Source: Azolla caroliniana (Eukaryota > Plantae > Polypodiophyta). From it: 64,000 bases of DNA. The stretch is taken from the NCBI GenBank assembly GCA_043228905.1, contig JBHGNT010000018.1, forward strand, positions 3,100,001 to 3,164,000, given 5' to 3'. This document shows, piece by piece, positions 13,201 through 23,829 of the stretch. Under the pieces are notes generated by a model. The model saw only the letters and a program-made list of their open reading frames with translations, ran no database searches and was not told the origin of the DNA. Position 1 is the stretch's first letter. Each line of letters begins with the position of its first letter. Position numbers and translations under genes: made by a program.

Positions 13201-16200
13201 TTTATTAACAAAGCTTGACCCTTTTGCTAACTTCTGGTTGCATTTCTTGTCTATTTCAGAGAGAAGGACCTACTTATAATGCCATCCAATAAAGGGACCT
13301 TGAAAATTGTTCAATGGCCATTATTTCTTCTTGTCAGCAAGGTTAGAAGGATTTTGGAAAACATTTTGCATTTCAGGGCTATTTCTTTGTTAAAATGATG
13401 TAAATTTAAAATGCAGGTTTCCTTGGCTATAGACATTGCCATGAAGAAAAAAGAAAGTACAGAAGAGCTATGGGGGAAATTGGAGAGAGATCAGTATATG
13501 TCTTCTGCAGTTAAGGAAGTTTATGAGAGTGTGAGGGTATTACTTACTAGCTTGTTATCCACGGATGACATGAAATGGTAATTTATAGAGAGCTTGTTTT
13601 TGGTTCAAGATTTTGCAAAGTTCACGCAAAATTTGATAGGTCAACTTATTTTACTTATAGGTTTCAAGAATTGTTTGACGATGCAGAAAACAGTGTACAT
13701 GATGGCTCCTTTTTCACTGCATTTAAAATCAAGAACATTCATGAAGTAGTCACCCGGATCACAGCTTTAACGGGTTTGCTCGTAAGTCCTGTATTAGTTT
13801 GTTTTATGTTTATACGGTTATGCTGTACGAAATGGTAGACATTATGTCAATGACAGCAGATTCTAGGTTGTAGTGCAATAGTGCTTCCATATTCTGAATC
13901 AGACATTTCCATATGCCTGCCAAAGCCAGATAAAAGCAAGTGCTGATGAACTTAAAAGGGACTCTAAACCTCTGGCCGACACATTACATGATCTCTGGGG
14001 TGTTGTTGTGAATTTCAGGTTTGAATATATGTTTCAGCACATTTTTACTTGGGTTGAATCTTCGCACTAAATTAAATATGTTTGTATTATAATCTTCAGT
14101 TAGTGGAATGACATCTTTCTGTTCTGGTCTGTATCATTGCTTGAATGAAATAGTAAGACCAATTTTCCATAGACACACTACACTGATATAAATACAAACA
14201 CGGGCTCAAGCACGTACATGCATAAGAAAGAGTAAGCTGTGTGGATAATTTATTATGGTTATCATCTTCATTTTGTTTTCGTAGGTGTAGCCCTATCTAG
14301 GGGTCTCCGAGAAGAAGTATAATATATCTGACCTGAGAATCTTACATGCATAGATAATGATTCTTTAGTCACTTCTTAGTTCTATATCTATTTACGTTTT
14401 TACTTAGTTACATTTATTTTGATTTGCTGTCCTCAAATATGAGACAACATTGTAAGATGTAATCTCTTGTTTGCTCTTATAGGCCATTTTGGCCTCTTAA
14501 AATCGTTAATATATCTTTCTTTCTTTCTCCCCTCTGCTCATAGGAAGCCCCTGGCAGCAGTTACTAGAAACGATGTTCAAGAATTAAATATGATATAGGA
14601 TTCTGACACAATATATGAGGCATGATGTATACCACTTGATATTTAATTATGAGAGCATATTTTATCTATATTACTCGAATTCATGAGTGAGTGTGTGCTT
14701 GAAGAAAAGAAAGAAGAATGATATGATGCTGATGTTTTTAGTTGGTTTATATTTCTCTGGTTCATAAATTGTCATAGCTTGAGATCTCGTATGCCAGGAG
14801 AAGGACCTAACTTCAAACACATCGGAGGGCTCAAACTTGAAGAGGTTTGTGTAGAGCCTTTGCATTATTTAGTGCTGGAGTATCTGATTGTTACAGCGTT
14901 TATATTTCTAGCAGAAAGAATCAATCAAGCGATTGCATTCCCTTCTTACCATCAAGGATTCTGCATCTTCAATCCCAAAGAACTCGGAAGCTCGAAGACG
15001 GTTGCAATTCTTTACAAATTCATTATTTATGAAGATGCCTGCAGCACCAGCTGTTAGAGCTATGAAGTCATTTTGGTAAAAGTTTGACTATGTGGTTATT
15101 TTGAAGGAAATTGTTGTGGGAATGGATAATTAATTGGTTTGAATATATGTTTTCTTCAGTGTATATACTCCATATTACAGTGAGATTGTGATGTATAGCA
15201 TGGATGAACTTCGGAAAGAAAATGAAGACGGCATTTCTACACTCTTCTACCTTCAGAAAATATTTCCAGGTATGGGCTGTAGATACGTTTCTTTTGGATG
15301 CCAATAAGATGAAAATTAGATTGCCGCCATCTTTAAGAGGCATTTAAGAGGCAAAAATTAGATTGTATAGTTATACCCATGAGGCATGCTCCCAAACCCC
15401 TTAATTCCGCTATGTGATGTGATACCTCAACTGTATAGAGACCGAAGAGGGTGGGCAATAGTGTGCATCCTTGCTTCACTCCAATTGTGCTAGCCACTGC
15501 GGCTGACAAACCCTTGGAAGGCCGCACTTTTCCTGACACGGATTCATAGAGTGCATAGATTCCCTATTTCATATCTGTAGGAACACCAAGGGCTCAGACC
15601 AGCATCTTCAGCATCACCACCTCGTTTTTTAACTGGGGAGTTGGAATCGAGGCTGAAGACATCCCGGACCTGGAGCAGTACCACAACACCACTCCCACAA
15701 ATACCAACACAGGTCTTTCGAGGAGGCACGTGCCAGAGCCCTCCAACCTCCGGTCGATGTCACCCTGGATTGGGACCCAGACTCACCCGACGACACCGAC
15801 CCCACAGGAGCTTCCACCCCTTTTGTTCATGACACCCCCGCTGCTCGATGAGGTCTGCTCCAGGTTCAATGGAGCGGCCCTCTACATGGACTTAGTGGAG
15901 CCCCTATTTGTATAACACAGCTCCTTCAAGAAGAACCATCCCACGTTTTGAAAGCTCCATTCCTCATCATAGAAGAAGAATAGTTAACCAAAGAAGAAAA
16001 GATGTATTAGAATCTTTACTTAATGAATGGGTATATCTGGTCAATTGAGAAAATTTGATAGTGTTAATTTACTTAAAGATGGATTAAGAGTTCTAGAGAC
16101 AAAATACTTGTTCCTCTGCTCATTTTCATGCAGCACATATATTAGCTACTTGGATTTTTGCCATTTGATTCTCATCCTGATCATATAATTGTATCTTATG

Positions 16201-19200
16201 CAGATGAATGGAAGAATTTCCTTGAAAAAATTGGATATATTGAGACAACCTTTCATGAAAAGTTTGATCAAGGAGAGCTTTCCCCGGACAATGTTTTGAA
16301 ACTTCGTTTGTGGGCTTCCTATCGAGGACAGACACTTGTACGAACAGGCATGTATATATCTCCAAAGTTAGGCTTTACTGTATTGAATGAAATCATCCCA
16401 ATCATCCTTTGTCTGTAATCTTGTATGATGTCTCACTTCCCTTGTATATTTTGATTTTCATATTTCTTGACCAGTACGAGGAATGATGTATTACCGAAGA
16501 GCACTCCTCCTACAGAGCTTTGTTGAGAATTCAGGTATTAAAAGGGCAATGTGGTGTACATTGTGATTTTTATGCATTTAATATTTATTTATTTTTCTTT
16601 GGAACAGAAAATCGATCACATAATTCACAATCATTCGAGAAGTCAGATATTTCCAGAGCTTATGCAGATATGAAGTTTGTATACCTTATAACATGCCAAA
16701 TATTTGGGCAACAAAAAGAAAATCAAGATAAAAAAGCAGATGATATATTGTATTTACTGAAGGAGTACGATCTCAAATTTTATCATCTTTCCTGTACTCT
16801 CACATTTGTTGAGGTTTAATCTGTTTTTCATTTCTTATACTGCAGGAATGAAGGATTGCGGGTAGCTTACATTCATGATGTTCCTACAAAGGAGGGGAAA
16901 GACTATTATTCTAAATTAGTGAAGAGTACTGGCGATAAGGACCAGGTACTGGCACTTATCGTGAAGTTGAAAATATATGTTTTATTCTCTCATATTTTGT
17001 ATTGTTATATCTCATCAGGAAATCTACTCCATAAAACTCCCTGGAAATCCAATATTAGGAGAGGGAAAACCTGAAAACCAAAATCATGCTGTGATTTTCA
17101 CACGTGGTGATGCAGTTCAGACTATTGATATGAATCAGGTTGGTGCTAATTGGGAATGTTATTAGGTATGTGTTCTTATGTCGCTGCTTTATCAGTCTAG
17201 ATAATATTTCTAAAAAGGATCAAATTACAAAAATTAGAACTTTAAACATGATAAATTGTTACATGATCAGTCAGTTTCCACAATGAGAAATGTCTGCAAT
17301 GTACAGTAGACATTTCAACTTTCAAGCTAGGGGTTGGCTGCTCTATTTGATGATGAAATATCTTAGTTGCTGTATTTTATGCACGGAAATGTAATCTTTC
17401 ATTTTGGGTGTCTTTAAAGATTTGACGCCACTTTGCAACGTTTTCTTGAGACTGGCTGTGATTATTTTCTGAATTTTCCTTACTGTCATTATGGGGAACT
17501 TAGGATGCCTCGTCCTTCTTGTGCAGATTTTTGTAATGAATTCTTTGAATGGCCATTTTTTTGCTCATAGAACATTCTTGCAGGCTGCTGGATATTGTTT
17601 CACGTTATATATGTCACTGGCACCCATAATTATCCTTTTCTGTATATATGTGTTGTGGTAAATAATTTCCTTATACACCACAATATGTTTCAGAGAGGGA
17701 TTTATTATTGGCTAAGGGACATATACTGCAACGTTTTTGCACCAATTGAGATTGCACCCAGCTCAGTCAAGCCTGTCTTGTCCCATGGAAACACTCCTTG
17801 TATGATTCTAAATTTTCTCAGTTAGGATAGGAGGTTTCTTATCTTGATATTGTATGTTTTGTCAAGGATAACTATTTTGAAGAGGCTCTTAAGATGCGCA
17901 ATCTGCTTGAAGAGTTTAAAGGAAATTATGGGATACATCCCCCCACCATTCTCGGGGTTCGAGAGCATGTGTTTACAGGAAGGTAATATAGTTTATTACA
18001 TCAGTAGTTTGGTTTCTTGCTCCCTTTGTAATGCTTAACACTCTCTCGTGCTCCTTTGGCAGTGTGTCCTCATTGGCTTGGTTCATGTCTAACCAGGAAA
18101 CAAGTTTTGTGACACTTGGGCAACGAGTTCTCGCACGGCCACTTAAGTAATCATTTTCTGATTTATTTTAAATCATGGAAAATTACAATTGTTTTGACCC
18201 TTTCTTAGGTGATGAATTCATGGAATTGTGTATGTGTAGAGTTCGCATGCACTATGGTCACCCTGATGTGTTTGATCGAGTATTTCATCTGACAAGGGGT
18301 GGATTTAGTAAAGCCTCAAAAATCATCAACATCAGTGAGGACATCTATGCAGGTTTGGATTACAACAATATCAATGATTTCTTAAAACGGAAACTCATTT
18401 GATATTACATGCAAACTTGAAAGGAAACCCGGTGTATCCTGCTCCTTTCCATTTGGTGTAATCTCTCATTCAGTCTCATAGGCCTCGTGAAACCCTTTTA
18501 AAAGATGTTAGTATATCTTTCTTTTTCTAGGTTTCAATTCTACATTGAGACAAGGGAATGTGACCCATCATGAATATATTCAGGTTTGAAAATATATCTT
18601 GATTTCCTTTCTGTTCTAGGCAAACAATAAATCTAGATGGTAAATTCACAAACAGAAGTTTAGAATTGTTGAATGTTAATTAATGCATACAATCATTGGT
18701 TATTTATGTATGGCCAGGTGGGGAAAGGTCGAGATGTTGGATTAAATCAGATAGCTCTATTTGAAGCCAAGGTGTCAAGTGGAAATGGAGAACAATCATT
18801 AAGTCGGGATGTCTATCGATTGGGCCAGTTATTGGATTTCTTTAGAATGCTTTCATTCTATGTTACTTCAGTGGGTTATTATGTGTGCACAATGGTAATA
18901 AAGGAAGCTTCCAGACCTAGTTTCACGTTGTCTTTGGCATCAATTTGGTATGACAAGCTACACTTTGCTTTTGGATTTGTGCAGATGACTGTCCTGGTTG
19001 TCTATGTGTTCCTGTATGGCAAGGCCTATTTGGTAAAGCAAGTTCTGATTCATTACTCTAAGTATATTTATAATGTAAATTTATCTAATATGGCTATTGC
19101 AGGCACTGTCAGGCGTAGGAGAGTCATTGACAAATTTAGCAATCATCACAAACAATCAGGGATTACAGAGTGCATTGAACACTCAATTCTTATTCCAGAT

Positions 19201-21548
19201 TGGTGTTTTCACTGCAATTCCTATGATTATGGGTTTCATTCTGGAACAAGGAGTCTTAAATGTATATTACAATATTTCCTTAGTAATATATGCTGTAGTC
19301 AATCTACAACATAGATATAATCTACTTGTGATGAATGGCAGGCAATTGTCAGTTTTGTGACTATGCAGTTGCAGCTGTGTTCAGTATTCTTTACATTCTC
19401 ATTGGGTACACGGACACATTACTTTGGCCGAACTATTTTGCATGGTGGTGCAAAGGTCAGTTTCAATCCTATTTCTTTATTTATTATGTCTGCTTTTTCC
19501 CTGAACTTCCAATCAATGTTAATGTTTATCTTTGATATGCTTATTGTCATGCTTTATATAGTATCGAGCAACAGGAAGAGGTTTCGTCGTGCAGCATATA
19601 AAATTCGCAGACAATTACCGATTGTATTCTCGCAGCCATTTTGTCAAAGCGTATGTTCTCATTTATGTCTCAATGCATGAACATATGACAAGAGAAAAGC
19701 TATTAACTATGTATTTACATTTTGCCAGTCTGGAAATCATCATGCTTTTGTTAGTGTATCTGGCGTATGGTTATGAGGAATCAAGCTTTAGCTATATTCT
19801 TCTCAGTTTCAGTAGCTGGTTCCTGGCATTATCCTGGCTTTTTGCACCATACATTTTCAATCCATCAGGTTTTGAGTGGCAGAAGTACGTACATCTCTTC
19901 ATTGCACTTTGTTTAGAAACAGGTTTTATATTCTGTACATAACGTCCAAGAGAAAATCTCTTAATTTCATTCTCACCACCTCTCACGTCTTGTCCACTCA
20001 AAGATTCCCTTTGTATTTACTCAGAACCATAGATGACTTTGACAATTGGACAAATTGGTTGCTGTATAGAGGTGGTGTTGGTGTCAAAGCCGATGACAGC
20101 TGGGAAACATGGTGGGAGGAAGAACACGTAAGAATCTCGTTTATGACCTTTCCAACCTGTTCCCTGAAGACTACTTCTTTCCAAAGCTGAGAAAACACAT
20201 GATTTCAGCTCTATTATTTTACTAATTCTGTGTCTGACTGACCTGAGTTGTGTTACAGTGTTCCAAAACATACCTTCTGTTTTGGTATTCTTAAGTAGTA
20301 TTTTATGGGTAACTTCTAGATAGATGATAGATAGCTATTTGACCATTAGTTTATACTATTTTGCAGGAGCATATCCGTTCTATGCGAAGCAGAATCCTTG
20401 AAACTATCCTTTGCGCACGTTTCTTCTTTTTTCAGTATGGAGTAGTTTATCATCTCAATGCTGCCAACGGAAGTACAAGCCTAATTGTAAGCCATGATCT
20501 GTGTCCAAGTCATTCTTTGACATTTCTTGGCATTTTTCTGGATAGCAATCCTCTTGTCTTGAATAGCCAGTTGAATTATGAAACCCCTCATGTAGGTATA
20601 TGGGCTATCATGGATTGTTCTTGGAGCCATTGTCTTGATATTCAAGGTAATAGATAGTCTTTATATCATCTACATTTCACAGTAGGCTTTTATTGTTCAC
20701 ATGGTTCATGCCAAGTATTCCTTACTTCTGTATGTATGTTTTTCAATGCAGATCTTGTCTTTCAAACCAAAGACGCTGAAGGTAATAAGTTAATTTTATG
20801 TCCATATTAAAGTCAGTAAATCTTTTCTTAAAATCTACTTTGTGATCCAGGCCATCATCTCCGGTTCAAAGAGTGTTGAGAATCTCCAGATGGTTTTTCG
20901 GTTTGCCCAAGGGATTCTTTTCCTATTGATTATTGCTGCGCTTGTGGTTATTGTTGCCCTCACATCAGTCACTACGGCAGATGTATTTGCAAGTATATTA
21001 GCTCTTGTACCAACTGGTTGGGGTATTCTCTCAGTAAGTTTCTGTCTGTCAATTCAAATAGGAATGTGAAAAACTGTAAGTGCTGATTGAACTTTGATGA
21101 GTGCTAATTAAATATATGTTTAGGAATGTGAAACTCATTGCTGAATTAAAACTTGAGATGACTAATCGTTCAATATATGTAGGAAAGTGAAATTCAATGC
21201 TGATTCCAAATTGTGTGTGTGTGTGTGTGTATTATAATTATAGTGATTCAATACACTTGCTGAATGAATAAAATGACAGATGGGTAACATTTCCTGTGTA
21301 AATATCTACAGATTGCCATAGCTTGGAAACCACTTGTGAAGCGGCTTGGTTTATGGTCATCACTGCCTTCCATTGCGCGTGCTTACGATGCAGCAATGGG
21401 GATGATCATATTCTCTCCTATTGTTATTCTTTCTTGGTTCCCATTTGTCTCTACATTTCAGACAAGGCTCGTGTTCAATCAAGCCTTCAGCAGAGGTTTG
21501 GAGATATCTCTCATCTTAGCTGGAAACAGAGCCAATGTTCAAGGGTAG
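1237..21548 (+). CDS. Callose synthase (1,3-beta-glucan synthase, GT48), GSL8/GSL10-like; 5' part lies upstream of the window
   Basis: Exons spliced by hand, in frame: 1237-1286, 4045-4131, 4349-4431, 4533-4554, 12940-13037, 13260-13341, 13417-13577, 13661-13781, 13930-14018, 14778-14844, 14912/14915-15075, 15160-15269, 16204-16347, 16475-16534, 16608-16764, 16846-16945, 17019-17138, 17867-17982, 18063-18146, 18240-18352, 18531-18583, 18718-18894, 18985-19032, 19103-19261, 19342-19455, 19562-19650, 19729-19884, 20025-20127, 20367-20486, 20596-20646, (20752-20781), 20851-21033, 21312-21548. Hallmark motifs: WAPVV-IYLLD, GARDRLGEIRS, FAPFWNEII, VQWPLFLL, EARRRLQFFTNSLFM, LRLWASYRGQTL, GEGKPENQNHA, MHYGHPDVFDR, GKGRDVGLNQI, FNQAFSRGLEISLILAGNRANVQG*. 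Confidence 0.96.
1620..3790 (-). mobile_element. Degenerate non-LTR retrotransposon (LINE) fragments, several copies
   Basis: Mutually homologous blocks at about 1860-2480, 2740-3260 and 4930-5345. The minus strand reads as a C-terminal zinc-knuckle-like ICQLCHQGVESEEHYVCH. The 3270-3790 block shares sequence with 40-240. Confidence 0.6.
4696..5345 (-). mobile_element. LINE 3' end/3' UTR fragment
   Basis: Homologous to 1860-2230 and 2540-2820. The segment 4715-4880 has an inverted homolog at about 14380-14530. Confidence 0.55.
5405..5670 (-). mobile_element. Ty1/copia RNase H remnant
   Basis: The minus strand gives LWCDNKSAI..., HDRTKHIEIDRFFIKEK and VADCLTK...DKMGL, with frameshifts. Confidence 0.75.
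7554..7613. repeat. 29-bp perfect tandem duplication
   Basis: AATAGGCCTTCTTGCCTTATATAGAACCC occurs twice. Confidence 0.9.
8849..10357 (+). CDS. Exostosin-family (GT47) type II membrane glycosyltransferase, EXT1-like; intronless; nested in a callose synthase intron
   Basis: Uninterrupted ORF; the ORF track starts at TTG 8828 and the first ATG is at 8849. N-terminal TM anchor (IGLVSVLTVAIVLVGGVSYYW), Gly/Cys/Glu-rich stem, then CSMDVCFNYTRC, YTDDPQKACLF, LPYWGPNGLNH, YRPGFDISL, FRGLRYL, IHNGKDVIVVTTCK, NTTFGLVPAGRSPNSYRLVEVMAAGVVPV, PFDTLIQW. Confidence 0.9.
   Translation: MGKSVTSIGLVSVLTVAIVLVGGVSYYWMYGLIFENLQIIGDPIGLMRRKEMAAAAKEESNHTSIPSSADYVFPIVAMGKDGGTCNCTFHGGSGGGGGGGGGVGCTCEVGQGKKRTCGGGLPASPGGMLEMKGKKKEEEEEEVQPWYARNRTWHYPALFPRCSMDVCFNYTRCANQSELLIYSYAIPSPPVRYFTLLNSSSPWYTDDPQKACLFLVFLDNPNIRTHPSRLPYWGPNGLNHVLVTFADIWRLRGPPPHSIGFASILASDMHETVYRPGFDISLTLNGRVHLTALQSVPPVARPYLVTFRGLRYLGHPTEEGVLRSYDSFRSIHNGKDVIVVTTCKQKTNDMKRKENPEFGRHCEEDEAEYARYTFHGLMNTTFGLVPAGRSPNSYRLVEVMAAGVVPVLIVDNYVKPFDTLIQWHRCILQFPSSQMHLIVHTLRAMVARGGNNQTELLQRQRYCIHIYNHFLRDDPTLLRATIASLKARLYGAVPFMPTTVDD
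11069..11640 (-). mobile_element. LINE reverse transcriptase remnant with an internal ~185-bp tandem duplication
   Basis: Degenerate FVD.KKA.D.VP and QGCPLSP motifs on the minus strand; 11069-11248 is repeated from 11254. Confidence 0.65.
15335..15545 (-). mobile_element. LINE RT fragment in an intron
   Basis: ORF 15333-15539 contains STIGVKQGCTLLPTLFGLY (RT GVKQGCPLSP motif). Confidence 0.7.
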
Positions 21549-22173
21549 GTTTCGGTCTCATTTTTGAGACAGCCAAATCTTATGTCTTCAATATGTCATG
21601 TTTGTATAGTGTGCCAATAATAGGTAATAATTTTTGTAATATGGAGTTTGCAATCATGGTCACATGTGAACTAATTATTATTTTGCACAGTATCATCATA
21701 ATGTAAGAGAAAAGAATAAAATAAAAACAGAAAATGATTCCATAATTTTGTTGGATCTTTCTTGCTTTTCTAACATTTGTAACTCTTTGATATAAATTTG
21801 CAATGTATTTTTTCTCCATCTTTCATAATTCAAAACACAATTAAGTGAAAACTATATATAGTGACACTTATTTTCTGCCTCTGTTTTTGACAATTGAGAG
21901 TGGTTTGTAAGTATGATCTGGTATTCTGAAGGGCACATTATAGGTGATAATCAACCTCATAGGGCGGACTAATCACCTATAATATTTAATACCTCTCTTA
22001 TTTAAATGAAATATGTTTCTATTTCTGCTGTACTCTTATATGTGTACACCCAAAGGGATGTGCAAGAACAAGTCAATTACCTAATACCACCTTCATCTCT
22101 TCTACTGAGATACAAGTGTTCACAATCTCAAATAGACTTGTTGACTTGGCAGTAGATCAAATGTATCTATGCT

Positions 22174-22435
22174 TTGAGGTGAAGGATGGATGCACAAATG
22201 ATGTGTGTTAAGAACAAGAGTAGGTTGCGTAAATAGCAACTACCTGGCTACATTTAATGTGTAGTGTGGAGTATACAATGGCCTATGAGATTTGGAACAT
22301 TTTATTGAGGTGAAGGATGGATGCACAAATGATGTGTGTTAAGAACGAGAGTAGGTTGCGTAAATAGCAACTACCTGGCTACATTTAATGTGTAGTGTGG
22401 AGTATACAATGGCCTACGAGATTTGGAACATTTTA
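22174..22435. repeat. ~131-bp near-perfect tandem duplication
   Basis: TTGAGGTGAAGGATGGATGCAC...GGAACATTTTAT occurs at 22174 and 22305. Confidence 0.9.
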
Positions 22436-23121
22436 TACATCTAGAGGAAGTTGTGCAAGGATTGTCAAGTTATGAATGCCTTCCCTCAACACAATCAGCA
22501 ATGCACCCAAACTTGGTAGAACCACACAAAATAGTTGATATGATGAGGAATGTCACACAAGGTGACGTTTTGCAATGTGAAGTTGAGGTAATTGTGCACA
22601 CAAACAAGTAAGAGCTATCATCCAATGCCTTATGAGTAAGAAGAGATAATCTTTGGCTAAACTTGAGGCAAAATCGCATTGCTTATTCTTAGGACAAGAA
22701 AGTAAAAGATCGTGGAAAATATTACACCTCAAGTTTAGCGTGAATATACAAATGTACTAAATGTTATCCCCAAACAACCCCAACCCATTTGGCTCATGCC
22801 TATCTAAATTCACCTTTCTTACCCCAAAAAATGTAAAAAGACATAGATTGGTTAAAATTTAGAAAGGCCCAAGATCAAGGTGGATTGGTAGGTCAAAAGG
22901 TTATGTATGCATGTCTCACCATGCTCTCATTCCTATGACATCTTTAATAAGTTTCCCTAGTTGATCATTAACTGGTCCAATTTGAGAGTAAAAATTGAGT
23001 GTATATACAAAGAGGAATTGTTGTCATTCAACCAGGTAGGCAAGCTTTATAAAGGGGTTCTGAACATTGTACCAATTCACAAGGATGGAGATACCATGAT
23101 ACCATGCAAACTATATGGCCC

Positions 23122-23565
23122 TGTAAAGAATCGGATATGATTCTATGCAGCAAAAGAGATGTGTGTTATGTGTGTGTGTGTGTTTGTGGAAAGAGGAGAG
23201 GAAAGGAGAGAAACACAAGATAGATAAAAGAAATGAAGTACTCAAGAAGATGTATATTAACAAGGAGAATATCATGTAAAAAAATGTAGCGTTGAAAGTG
23301 AGGATAACCGACTCTTTATAAAGTAGGAGGAAGGTCCTTTATATAAGGTCACCCTCTCCCTTCATTAACTTACGAAAACACCCACACACTCTCTAGAGCT
23401 ATAGAAGCTCATGGGTTATGGGGAATGTGGAAACTCATTAGTTATGTGTCATTGAATCACATAGTTAATGTGTAGAGAGTAGTGGTGACTTTTGACCTTT
23501 GAATGTTCATACATTCTGAAAAGGTGTGTTCACACACTAGACTAGGTTGAGCTTGATTCTCAACA
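23122..23565 (-). mobile_element. Solo LTR (same family as 652-1088), inserted in a degenerate tandem repeat
   Basis: The reverse complement starts TGTTGAGAATCAAGCTC and ends GATTCTTTACA; TSD GGCCC/AGCCC (4 of 5 match); flanked by homologous units at about 22977-23121 and 23569-23745. Confidence 0.8.
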
Positions 23566-23829
23566 AGCCCAATCTTAGAGTAAAAATTGAGTGTATAGGC
23601 AAAGAGGAATTGTTGTCATTCAACTAAGTAGGCAAGCTTTATAAAGGGGTTCCGAACATTGTACCAGTTCACAAGGATGGAGATACCATGATATCAAGCA
23701 ATTATAGGATACTCATGATTGCCATTACTTGGCTAAACTCTATGGCCTAATCCTAGATTCAAATTTGGGTGTATTAGCGAAGAGGAATGGTTGTCGTTTG
23801 ACTAGTTAACCAAGCATTACATCATAACT

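Noticed and set aside
15335-16015. Possible second 5'-inverted LINE (minus-strand RT piece next to a plus-strand GC-richer block)
   Set aside because: Only a 7-bp candidate TSD (ATCTTTA), and I could not show that the two parts belong to one element.
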